Shown here: positions 13,663-25,002 of the stretch, one piece after another
Position numbering within the stretch: position 1 is the first letter of the stretch
Layout of the letters: the number at the start of each line of letters is the position of its first letter
Source: Ministeria vibrans ATCC 50519
Taxonomy: Eukaryota; Protista; Filasterea
Length of the DNA: 32,748 bases
Direction of reading: 5' to 3'
Assembly (NCBI GenBank): GCA_943704425.1
Contig: CALSCP010001284.1
Location: 11,692 to 44,439 of the forward strand
Translations under genes and position numbers: made by a program
The notes under the pieces: generated by a model
The model's input: only the letters and a program-made list of their open reading frames with translations
What the model was told of the DNA's origin: nothing
Database searches by the model: none

Positions 13663-16600
13663 TCATACAATAGTCTCATCGAGACACTCGCCATTTTTGT
13701 CCCCCAATGCAAACGACGCCATAGTATCGTCCTCAAAGACCTCCCGCCCATGCATCGGACTTGTATTTACTCCGGGACTCGAGGTGTCATGTTCCGCTTG
13801 CGATGACTGCTGGGCCGCTCGCAGCAGGATCTGCGCTTGGCTGTGATGTGCCACAAAGGAACCACGGTCGGACGCGTAGTGGCGCGACGGCTCGTACTCA
13901 AACGACTCGTTGCCCATGCGACCGCCAGTCACGTACGCCAGGTCGTACCCCATCATGGTTGTGGACGTCTGCCGCGAAGCAGAGTGCACGTGTCGCTCGT
14001 GTTGCTGTCCACGCGAGCCCATCCACGGTCGATCGGACGTCCCATAGCGACTGTCCCCTTGCTGGTGAGTGCGCTGGCGAAGATGCGTTCCGGCCGACAT
14101 TAATGGCTCACTGAACGAATTCGTGCCGTCCACTTGAGAGTGGTCGTACTCAAAGAGTGTTCGCTCGAGCGTCTCGTCCGACGCCTGCAAACCACGACCG
14201 GCCCTCTCGACGTGATTCTTGTCCGGGAACGAACTCGGATCCGCGCGATGCCCACGTGGCGTGGTCACCGGCGACGGCAAAGGTGACGTCTGCACCTTGT
14301 CCGTCGAGCCCAGACCCACAAGAGACGCGGCAATTGACGAGATCATGCTCGACGTGGTGCTCGCCGTGCGTCGATTGCGACCGCCCGTAGGTGAAATGGG
14401 ACCCGAGCTTATGGACGCCCTCCGTTGCTGCTCGTGCAGTGCCTCAAGAGCCTGACTGCGAGCGGAGGCCGAGAGTTCCTCGCTTGTGCTCACACGCACA
14501 ATCTGTGACGTCGAAGTTATACGCTCGCGATCGGGCACTGATGTTAGACTCAACGTCTGTACCGACAGTCTTGCGGCGCGTGACTGAACAGGTGTCAGCG
14601 ATTGACGACGGCTGCTGCCCGGTGTGTCGAGCGTCCCTGCCAGTGACGGTGTCACCGAGGTGCGTCGATGAGACGCAACGGTCAACGGCGACGATGCTTT
14701 AACGTTCGAGCTTGACGTCTCGCTCTGGCACGTCTCGCTCCAAACGCTCATACGTGCGGGACGCAACTCAAGTGGCGAATGCTGCGCAGAATTCTCAGTG
14801 AACTCTTCAACCTCATTGCGCTGACGTTGACGTTTCCGACGGTAGACCGCAAGCGCAAGCACAGCCAGCAAAGCAACGACTGCACCGACAATGCCGACGC
14901 CCACCCATGTCGCGGTGCTTGTCGCTCCACTGGACGAGGCAACGTTGCCTTCGCTGGCACCATAGTTGAACTCGCACAGGGTTCCGTTGTAGCCTGCGCG
15001 ACAAGCACACTCAAAGGTCGCAATGGCCGTCGTCTGACACGACCCCCCATTGTGACACGGGTCGCTGCTGCACATATCTTCGACCGTGTTGCACGCATAT
15101 CCCGTCGTGCCTGCCACGCATGCACAGCGAAACTCGTGCTCATTGTCACTGCTGCATGCACCGTCGTTGACACACGGCGCCGACGCACACGCCGTTGCAA
15201 CCTCGCATGTGTCGCCCACATAGTGAGCGGGACAGATGCAAGTGTAGCCGCCCACGAGGGCAAGGCAGCTGGCGCCATTCAGACAGGGAGACGACTCACA
15301 CCTGTCAATAGGGGTCTGGCATAGGGAACCAGTGTAGTGCGTCGCACACACACACACGTGACCCCCGGTCACGCTCGGCTGACACAACGCGCCGTTGAGG
15401 CAGGGTGACGACAAACATGTGTCAATGCGTGACGAACACTCGACGCCCGTAAACTCTTGAGAGCATTGACAGGTGTAGCCGTCCACCGCATCAATACACG
15501 TGGCGTCGTTCAGGCAGGGCCGCGAAGCGCACTCGTCCACGTCCACTTCGCATCGACGTCCGTCGTAGCCATGTGGACAGCCACAATAGTAGCGACTGAG
15601 CAGGTCGAGACAAGTGCCGCCGTTGAAGCACGGTGACGAGGCGCACTCGTCAACGTTCGCGGAGCAGTCGTTGCCCGTGTAGCCCGCCGCACAAGCACAG
15701 CGGTAGCTCAAATTGTTGTCGGCGCATGTGCCACCATTCTGACACGGCTGTGACACACACTCGTCGACATGCTGCTCACAGTGCGCACCGGTGAATCCTG
15801 CTGGACACACACAGTTGTAGCGCACATAGTAATCTACGCAGCTAGCACCATTCAGGCAGGGCGACGATGCACACTCATTTACATTGGTCTGACACAAGAT
15901 GCCTGTGAATCCAGGTACACAAGCACAGGTAAACGACGCCACGCCGTCGTGACATGTGCCGCCATTTCCACACGGCGAGGGAGCACAATCGTCCATGTCT
16001 ACGTCGCAGTGCACGCCCGTGTAGCCTGCCTGGCATTGACACTCGTAGGCGTCTATCTTGTCGACACAGTAGGCCCCATTACGACACGACGACGACGCAC
16101 ATTCATCGATGTCTGTCTCGCACGTGCTACCCGTGTAGCCAGCGGAGCACTCGCACGAGAATGCATTGATTTGGTCCACGCAAGTGGCTCCATTCGAGCA
16201 GGGTGTCGACGCACACTCTTTGACATTCTTGTCGCACGACAGTCCATTAAATCCTGCCGGACAAGTGCACAAGAACATGCCGTGCGGTTTGTCGGTACAA
16301 CTACCGCCGTTGTGGCACGGGTGGGAGTCGCACTCGTCAATGTCCGTCTCGCAATGGGCACCCGTGTAGCCCGGCTGACACTCGCAAGTCACGTTGCAGC
16401 TCCCGTCGACGCACTTGCCATTGTTGAGGCATGGCACAGACGCACACTCGTTGATATTGTACGAGCACGAGAATCCGGTCCACCCACAAGGACAGACGCA
16501 CGAAAACTGGTTTAGACCATCAACACATGTGGCACCCTCGTGACAAGGTGACGAGGCACACTCGTCAATGTCGACAGCACAGTTGACGTCGGTGAAGCCC

Positions 16601-17644
16601 GGAAGACACGCGCATTCAAATCCTTTTTTTGATGGGGTCTCGCTGCAGGTTCCTCCGTTCACACAGGGTTGCGAAAGACAAGCGTTGATCTCGGACAAGC
16701 AGAAGCGTCCCGAGAAGCCAGGAGAACAGTCGCACTCAAAGTCGTCGGGAAGGGAGCCCTCCTCGCAAACCCCTCCGTTGAGACAAGGCGACGACGCACA
16801 CTCGTCTATGTCCGTGGCGCAATTGGCGTCGGTGAAGCCCGCGGCACACAAACACTCATATTGTACAGGAAATCCCTCGATGCAGGTCGCCCCATTAGTG
16901 CACGGCGACGATGCACATTCGTCGATGTCGTCTGTGCAAGCAGTGCCAGTGAAGCCCACTGGACAGTCACACTCAAACATTCCCGCCATGGACCCTTCGC
17001 TGCAGGTGCCGCCATTGGCACATGGAAATGAGTCACACTCGTTGATGTCGTCTGTGCAGGCAGTGCCAGTGAAGCCCACTGGACAGTCACACTCAAACAT
17101 TCCCGCCATGGACCCTTCGCTGCAGGTGCCGCNNNNNCACATGGAAATGAGTCACACTCGTTGATGTCGTCTGTGCAGGCAGTGCCAGTGAAGCCCACTG
17201 GACAGTCACACTCAAACATTCCCGCCATGGACCCTTCGCTGCAGGTGCCGCCATTGGCGCATGGAAATGAGTCACACTCGTTGATGTCGTCTGTGCAGGC
17301 AGTGCCAGTGAAGCCCACTGGACAGTCACACTCAAACATTCCCGCCATGGACCCTTCGCTGCAGGTGCCGCCATTGGCGCATGGAAATGAGTCACACTCG
17401 TTGATGTCGTCTGTGCAGGCAGTGCCAGTGAAGCCCACTGGACAGTCACACTCAAACATTCCCGCCATGGACCCTTCGCTGCAGGTGCCGCCATTGGCGC
17501 ATGGAAGCGATGCACATTCGTCGATATCGTCTGTGCAGACCACACCAGTAAAGCCCACCGGACAAATGCATTGGAAAAGGGTTGCGGTGGCCACACAGGT
17601 TGCGCCGTTTGCACAAGGAGAACTAATATTATAATGATAATAAA

Positions 17645-17709
<65 letters not shown>

Positions 17710-18200
17710 AATGAGGATATGAAAAAGCGTGAGAGGGTGCATGAGCAGCGATCCAGAGAGATACGGGGACAAAACTAATTGGGCGAACTTCCAAAGTCTC
17801 GTTACAAAAGGTTAATCATGTACGCAGAGTAACGACGAGAGAGCGCGCGATACGTCGCATTGCCCTTTGTGCTATTGTTGTGCTTGGCAACAACGTCAAC
17901 TTCACGTCAAGAGTACCTGGCACAGGAGACTTCCGTAGAGCGTCTATCAACTGGTGCACTACCGCCGTTCTGGGGTTCCATTTTGTTCAAATCAGCCTGG
18001 AGAACTGGAAGAGAGCAGGGGGTAAGAGGCGGCTCGGGGCACCTTGGCATTTCCAGGATGCCAATCAAATTCATCCCAGAATGATTATAGTTAGAGCGGG
18101 AAATGACAGTCGGCTTACTTGCCATGGGCCTGACATTCTCTGCCTCCCCGGTTGTGAGTGCCACCACGGCGAGCAGAGCAACCAGCAGCCGCAGTTTCAT
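13663..18200 (-). CDS. Type I membrane protein with at least 23 tandem, mostly calcium-binding EGF repeats (Notch/Delta/Crumbs/fibropellin-type EGFs) and a long S/R-rich cytoplasmic tail
   Basis: Signal peptide MKLRLLVALLAVVALTTGEA. An intron at ~17915-17623 joins EVSCA|SSPCANGATC. Repeats D[IV][DN]EC.S.PC.NGG.C; TM WVGVGIVGAVVALLAVLALAVY followed by stop-transfer RRKRQRQR. The apparent frameshift at ~17133-17137 is an N gap. Confidence 0.9.
16921..17520 (-). repeat. Near-perfect 120-bp tandem repeat (one cbEGF module, DDINECDSFPCANGGTCSEGSMAGMFECDCPVGFTGTACT), at least 5 copies
   Basis: Near-identical 120-nt units, with an assembly gap inside the array. Confidence 0.95.
17626..17712. repeat. 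(TAT)n microsatellite in EGF gene intron
   Basis: Direct. Confidence 0.9.
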
Positions 18201-18401
18201 CGTCTACAATTCCATGACGTCATAAAATCGCATTTCCAAAATGGATTAAATTTTGGCAGTTCACTCGCACCTCTCAAGAAAAGAGCGATGTACCGAATCC
18301 CGATTGAAACTTGAAAGCGGAAGAAGCTAGCAGAACTGGGCGGCAAATCGCAAATGAGAGAGGCGAAAAATTATTGTTATAAAATATAAGTCATTAAAAA
18401 T

Positions 18402-18737
18402 GGGAAAAATGCAAAGTGCACACCCTAAATGCAAAGTGCACACCCTAAATGCAAAGTGCACACCTTTTCAAGAAATACATGCAAAAAGCACACACTGCGA
18501 ATTCGTGTGCAACGAGAGCGCCAGCCTTCATGACACCCAATTGCCCAAGCAGCCCTACACCAGGTGAGACAGAAGAGGCGTGTTTTCTGGCCATCGCCCA
18601 TCGAGGGAACGCGAGAGTACTCGTCGGCCGCTTCCGTGTGCATTTTGCATTTATTTCTTGAAAAGGTGTGCACTTTGCATTTTGGGTGTGCACTTTGCAT
18701 TTTGTACTTCAAAAGGTGTGCACTTTGCATTTTTCCC
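18402..18737. mobile_element. Non-autonomous Mutator/foldback-type DNA transposon (MITE), 336 bp
   Basis: Imperfect TIRs of ~92-102 bp (18402-18493 and 18636-18737) begin GGGAAAAATGCAAAGTGCACACC, each with 3 subrepeats AAATGCAAAGTGCACACC. Flanks ATTAAAAAT and ATTAAAATT form a 9-bp TSD with 1 mismatch. Confidence 0.82.
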
Positions 18738-18784
18738 ATTAAAATTGATTGATTTGTAAAATAATTTAAAATACAATGATAACA

Positions 18785-19633
18785 CTACAGGTGAAAGCGT
18801 CGGCGACTGGTATCCATTTCTTTACGCTGCAAAAAAAAAAGAAGAAGAAGAAGGAAAAAAGAAGAAACGAAAAATAAGACAAACAAAATGTGAGGGAAGT
18901 TAGGACCTTATGAACCCACTCGTATTCGCCGTATTTGGGATCGAACGTGCCGAGCTGGACGGACTGCAGCTTCAACGTGAAACGCGGACCCATTTCCTGC
19001 AGACCGACACGTTCGGTGTTTCGAAAGACATAGCGGTGCTGACGGAAGAAGATGAAGTCGCGCTGGTTGTGGAAGGTGGCGACGCGACGACCGCGAAACT
19101 CAGGCTCGTTGGGAAAGAGTGCGCCCAACATGCGACCTACCGTGTGACCCAAACGCGTGTTGAAGTTGTTCAGGACCAACTCGGGTCGGTGCATTGTCAC
19201 TCCCGCGTGATTCTGCCGGACAAAGACAAAGGTCAACACACTGACCTGCAAAACATCCTTCGAACTACCTTGATTTCTTTGGTGGGAACAAACGACGAGA
19301 GCTTGAAGCGAGCTGTGGGTCCGTCGGGAAGATGGCAGAGTAAGATTCCATTGGGTTTCTTGCGGTCTTCGTTGATGACAATGAGATCGGTGAAACCATT
19401 GCGCTTTGCAATCTCGACAATCTCTTTGAGTTCGTAGTCGCGTCGTGCGTGGTACTCGGCCCACTGGAAGAGCGACTGGAGTTCGCGAGCAAACAGATAC
19501 GAGTCGCCCACAGGTCGTGGGGAGGTGGTAATCAGAATCTTAGGTCGATGTTTGCCCTAAGTGAGAGAGAAAGAGAGAGAGAGAGGAGAAACACAAAAAG
19601 GTTGAGTGGATTCAAGTGTGTACATTGGAAAGA

Positions 19634-19664
<31 letters not shown>

Positions 19665-20030
19665 CGCGCAATAGAAGACGCAGCAGCGGCGTGGGTAAGG
19701 GGTGGAAGCGTGCGAGCGTGGCAGGGAGCGTCTTACATCGCCAAAGCATGCAGCGAATTCGTCGGTAGCCTCGTCTGCCTCAACCTCCTCGTCTTCGCCC
19801 TGGATATACGTCTCGTCCTTTTCGCGCGTGTTCTCCTTGGTCCGCGGAACCTTCTTGGCGCGCTCCTCGCCCGTCGGGTCCTCCTTCTCCGCATCCTCGC
19901 GTGCACGTTTCTTTGCCTTGCGTTTCTCGCCCTTCAGCGTCCGCGACATTTCTCGGCGCAGCTTCTTGTTCTTCACCATCTTGATCATGGTCTCGCGACC
20001 AGCAAACTCGGCGGCCTTTGCAGGATCCAT
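18785..20030 (-). CDS. RPF1: Ribosome production factor 1 (Brix domain)
   Basis: 4 exons. KVPRTKENTREKDET..DEFAACF, PKILITTS, FTDLIVINEDRKKPNG..HLPDGPTARFKLS, HRPELVLNNFNTRLGHTVGRM..RRVATFHNQRDFIFFRQHRY..LQEMGPRFTLKL, end RKEMDTSRRRFHL*. Confidence 0.95.
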
Positions 20031-20219
20031 TTTATTGCTTTCTTCTTTTTGGATGAATTGAAGTGAAATCAATAATAATAATTCAATATTCAACATTCAA
20101 TTATCATTAATTTTTATTCGACCTCCTCACTCGACTGGATCCCACCGGATTTGGCTATTTCTTGATTGTGTTTGCATCAGTGATCGTGACGAGTTCCGCT
20201 GGCTGAGTGTGCGCCAGCC

Positions 20220-22857
20220 ATGCAGCGGAGCCACATGCCAAAATTTGGTGTTTTGTCGTTGCCAACGACAACCACTTCGACAACTCCCCCACTCTCACTT
20301 GAAGCAACCGGTTTTCCGGTGGCGCACCCAAATGCCACACACAAACATAGCATACCAGCACCTCTCAGCGAAAGTCAGGCCTCGCGAGCGCCTCTTGCCT
20401 CATCTACGACCCGCTCGAAAACCACCCCAAAAGTCAGTCAACGTCATCACACCTCCGGCGTTGTCACATCCCACCAATCGCCAGCAAAGTCACGCAGCGC
20501 CCAGCTCGCCTCGCCCCGTGCCATTGTCTTGACCCCCGTCTCTGCCGTCGACCGTTCACGAAGCAAAGGCAGCTCGATGGCACAGCAAGAGTATCGTCGC
20601 ATCCACCAAATTGACACCCTTTTAGAGCACCTTTCCACCGCACTGCTTCAACAGCGTCCCGCCAATCCACTCGCGTTCATCGAACAATATGCCAAAAACC
20701 AACAACACCTACAAAATACTCCACAAAAACCGCAAAAAGCCAAACATGGCAACCGCGACACCACTGCCGCCCCACGTCGCCGTAGCGAAGAGCCCATGAC
20801 TGACACGGGCGTGTCTACGGCTGCAAGTCGTCTTTGCTCACCAATATTGCCCCCTCTCGGATCGCCAGTCGCCCCGCGCACGTCCACGTCGGACGCCAGT
20901 GTCATTAGCGACACACCGAGGGAGTCACCGGTGCGACGTGAACACGAAGAGTCGACAACCTCCTTCGATTCGACCACGCGACGTGCACTCCCAACAAGGC
21001 CCGAAGCTTCTTCGCCTTTGTCCAATACGGACGCTCCAACGCCCCTGCCAACCATTCACTCAATGCGACGAGGCAGCTCGGCACTGGAACGCGAAGGGTC
21101 TGCGTCGACTCTCTTTCGCACTTCCAGTGCCCGCACCACCTCCGCCGCCGCCGCCGCCGCCTCCGCCGGTGGGTTTCACGCAGGCACGCTCGAGGAGATG
21201 CTGGCCGAGGCAAGCGGCATTGACTCGACCAATACAAGCATGCTTTCCATCAACGAGGCGCTCTGCTGCACGGCCGGCCAGGTGGGGCGCATTCGCTCAG
21301 CAACCGTCGGCGCGCGCCAGGTGATGCGACGCGCCCATTCGGCCCTGGCGACGGCAGGACGCGCACCTGCAAGTGCATTGTCAAATCATCAACATGCGCT
21401 CGTGGCCAGTGCTAGTGCAGCAACGGCGGGTGGTCTCGCGTCGTCCACTGCTAGTGCCACCTCCATGGCGTCCGTTACGAGCGGCTCAGAGCCCGTCTGC
21501 AGCGAGAGCAGTCAGGGGACGCTCGTGGCAATGCCTGTGCGACGCTCTCGCTCGCGTCAGTCGCTGATCGACCGCACGCCCCTCTACCTGCGGTCCACTA
21601 GCGCCGGCCCCACGCGCCCCTTTTCAGGCACGGCAGCTGTCCGTCGCGTGTCGGGTGGTGCAGCAGGTCTAGTCGACTCAACGGCAGTGTCACCCTCGCG
21701 ATCACCCGCGGTGGTCGAGCGCAGTGCGTCGGTTCTGTCGGTTGCGTCGTCGGTCGGTGCCTGGCACGACGCCCCACAGTCGGTTGACCATGCACTTGGG
21801 GCCTTCCCGCTCTTCCACGGCACTCCCATCGACTTTCAGCACGACCTTGCCTGCAAAATGACCACCCGTCACTACCGGGCACGCGAGGAGATCATTCGCG
21901 CCGGCGACATGGGCCGCGCCATCTTCTTCTTGCTCAAGGGACGCGTGCAGGTGGTGAGCGATGACGGCGAAACCATCTTCGCCGAGCTTGCTGAGGGTAA
22001 CTACTTTGGCGAGATTGGTGTGGTGTTTGAGCGACCGCGCACAGCAGCAGTGCGTGCGGCGACCAAATGCATGGTCCTCGTGCTTACCAAGAGTGCCCTT
22101 GACTGGGCCTTTGCCGAGTGTCCCGAGGTTGCTCAGCTCATGCGTGACACGGCTGCTCAGCGTCTCAACCACGTCATGCAACAACAACAACAACAACAAC
22201 AACAACAACGGTTGCAAGGGTCATCCGCACACTCTCCGCTTCAGTCGCGACCAAGCAGCTCGATTGTTGGGGAGTTCCAGTCAACGGCCGTCTTTGAGAC
22301 CCTTCGCGCCATCTCGCTCTTCCACGAATGCTCGCCTTCCTTCCTACGCAGCCTTGCCTCCACCGTTAACACCCGTCTCGTCCAGCGTGGCACCGTGGTC
22401 GTGCGGCGCGGTGAGCCCCAGACGTCCATGTTCATTGTGGTGCGGGGCCGTCTCGATGTGCGCAACGCCAGTCGCCTTGAGGACAGCATTGCCAACTCAA
22501 GTGCAGCCGGTACTTCCACCCCCGTTCCGAGTGAACCCATGCACTTGCTCAAGACTGGCTCGCTCTTTGGCGATGCCCTCCATGATCCTTCTCGCCTCGA
22601 GTCGGCAGTCGGCGCTGATCACCAAGACATTGCCTGTGCGCGCTCCACTGTCACTGCACTCACCAGTTGCGATCTGCTGGAGCTCACCGCAGCCAGCCTG
22701 GCCAAGGTATCTTGCAGAAATATAACTAGTGTTCTGCACTTTGTTTGTTTGTAGTCAATTGAGAGTATGATAAGGATGACTGACTTGTACCTTGTAGGTC
22801 GTGAGTGAGTACCCCGACATGATGCAAATCTTGAAGAAGAAAAGCGTCGCCTTGTAA
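20220..22857 (+). CDS. RIIa/DPY-30-type D/D domain plus two cyclic-nucleotide-binding domains (atypical PKA-regulatory-subunit-like)
   Basis: Exons 20220-22706 and 22798-22857. D/D-like EYRRIHQIDTLLEHLSTALLQQRPANPLAFIEQY; CNB-A with intact GNYFGEIG...PRTAAVRA; polyQ linker; CNB-B degenerate (GSLFGDAL plus insertion). Confidence 0.8.
22179..22208 (+). repeat. Coding (CAA)10 polyglutamine tract between the CNB domains
   Basis: Direct. Confidence 0.9.
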
Positions 22858-23374
22858 AGTGTAACAGTATTCAGTGTTGTACACGAGAATGTCCCGCCAG
22901 TGCCCCACAGGCTCACACTGCTACATACATAAAAAATTACCTGGCGCACTATATTATATTGTGACGCCCCTCAAGCTCAATACGCGATGAAGGTCTTTTG
23001 TCCTCGCAATCACTTGCCGGCTGCCGCGTCTTCTAAACTATTTACTATTCTTGCCTCTCTCTCGCTGTTTGCTTGCGTGTGTTGGACAGTCGCTTTTCCT
23101 TTGTGATTGAGTAAAAATTTACATATCAACTCAATTTATTAGAGTCTCTATTTATTTCACACAATTTTTCTGAGAATACTCATTTATATTATGTGGGTCT
23201 ATGTGCTTGTTTGAGTGAGTTCTTTCGGGACATTCTCGTCTTAAAGTCTACGGCGGAAGAATTGTGCTGCTCTTTGTTTTGTACATAGTTTTGTTTTGAC
23301 ATAGAAGTACAGATCGATTCTCTATTTATTCGTATTTTCATTATTAATTGTTCTTCCTTGTGCTTCAGTTTGCA

Positions 23375-24863
23375 ATGGTCGTCACCAGCGCAAATAAGCA
23401 AGCCACCAAGAGGAAGCAGTTCAAAAAACGACCGCGTGAGGAAGATTCGACGGACGAATCGAAAGCGAGCGAAAGTCGCAAGAAGTCGCGTGCAAATGTC
23501 GCTCAGAGCGCCAAGGCAAAGAAGGCGGCGCCCATCACGCCGGTAGTGGCTCGCCCCAGGAAAGGCGTGCCTGTGTCGGCCAATTGGAAAACAATCTCGA
23601 TGGTACGTGCGTTGCAAAAAACGCCCAAATACTCAAAGCACTGCTTCCCTCTCGACAGGGTCTCAACAAGGGCACGTCGACGAAGCGGTGGAAGGAGCTG
23701 AAGGCAAAGGAGCGCAGAGAAGCGCTGGAAAAGGAGAAGACGCGGCACAGCACGGAGAATGACGAGTGGTCTGAGGGGGAGGACGACTCGGACAGCGACT
23801 CGGACAGCGACAGTGCAGACGACACGGGTGCAAGCGTCGCGCCGTTCAGTGACGACGAGGACGAAGACGAGTCTGACCACCAGGACAACAGCGACGATGA
23901 TGGGGGAGAGGCAGAGGGAGAAGAGATTGACCCGGACCGACCCTCCAAGATGAAGCCGAAGAAGAAGAAGAAGAAGAAGACGACGACGAGTCGCGACGTG
24001 CTGAACCCCGCCACGACGCCCGTTTCTCTTGAACCTCGTGCCTCAGCTGTGAAACAGTAAGATGTGATTACGATTGCCGCCTTTTAACATCTCATGTGTG
24101 TGTTTGTGTGTGTGTGTGTGTTTTGTTAGAGTGACGAAATGTGTTGCGATTGACTGCGAAATGGTCGGCGTGGGTCTGCAAGGAGCCGAGAGTGTTCTTG
24201 CGCGTGTGTCTCTTGTCAATGCTCACGGACATGTGCTACTTGACTCGTACGTACGACCCAAGGAGCGCGTGGTTGACTTTCGCACGCACGTCAGTGGTGT
24301 ACGTCCCGTCGATGTTAAAGCGGGTAAGACGAAGATTTAGATTTTTTCTTTGTTTGTTTGTTTTCTCACTACACACAATATTGTTTTGCAAAAGGTATTT
24401 CGTTTGAGGAAGCGCAGCGAAGAGTTGCCAAGGTGATCAAGGACCGAGTGCTGGTGGGACATGCGGTTCAACATGACCTGCAGGCACTACTGCTGTCGCA
24501 CCCCCGCAAGGACATCCGCGACACATCTGAGTACAAGGTAGGCACTGCCACACCCGCAAACACACATTCATGCATGCATACATACATACACACACGTACA
24601 CTCGCGTTTTCTTTTATGACCTCTGTTTTTTGTAGCCATTTTTGACGCTGAAGAATGGACGAACGCCATCGCTGAAACTGCTGAGCAAGGAGCTTCTGGG
24701 AGTGGAGATTCAGAGCGGAGAGCACTCGTCGGTAGTGGACGCACAGGCAACAATGATGCTGTACCAGCGTCACAAGAAGCGATGGGAGCGGGCGGGCGTG
24801 GAGGCGGCCCTGCAGCGCAAGCAAATCCGACAGGCGCTTGCTGACAAGAAGGCCAAGCAATGA
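23375..24863 (+). CDS. REXO4: RNA exonuclease 4 (DEDDh)
   Basis: 5 exons. SANWK motif, [87 protein letters not shown]. Confidence 0.95.
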
Positions 24864-25002
24864 GCAAAAAAAATCGGCTGAAGATTGAGGGGGAGGGGCA
24901 AAAAAGTGCTGTAAAATTGTACTGGAACACACATATGAAAGAGAGACAGAGACAAGGGAGGGAGAAGGAATAGAGTAGAAAAACAAATAGAAAAAAGGGT
25001 GC

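Noticed and set aside
17133-17137. Apparent frameshift or pseudogenisation of the EGF gene
   Set aside because: It coincides with an N gap in a collapsed tandem repeat, so it is an assembly artefact.
14748-17634. Long antisense and alternate-frame ORFs over the EGF array
   Set aside because: Shadow ORFs of a repetitive, GC-rich Cys-coding frame.
13663-18200. Calling the EGF protein Notch, Delta or Crumbs
   Set aside because: No LNR/NOD/ankyrin, DSL/MNNL or laminin-G domains are visible.
18407-18470. Short direct repeats resembling a CRISPR array
   Set aside because: No unique spacers, eukaryotic context, and they are mirrored as inverted copies; they are TIR subrepeats.
22935-23100. TTACCTGGC resembling the U1 snRNA 5' end
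   Set aside because: It lacks the full ACTTACCTG, the loop I/II motifs and a convincing Sm site.
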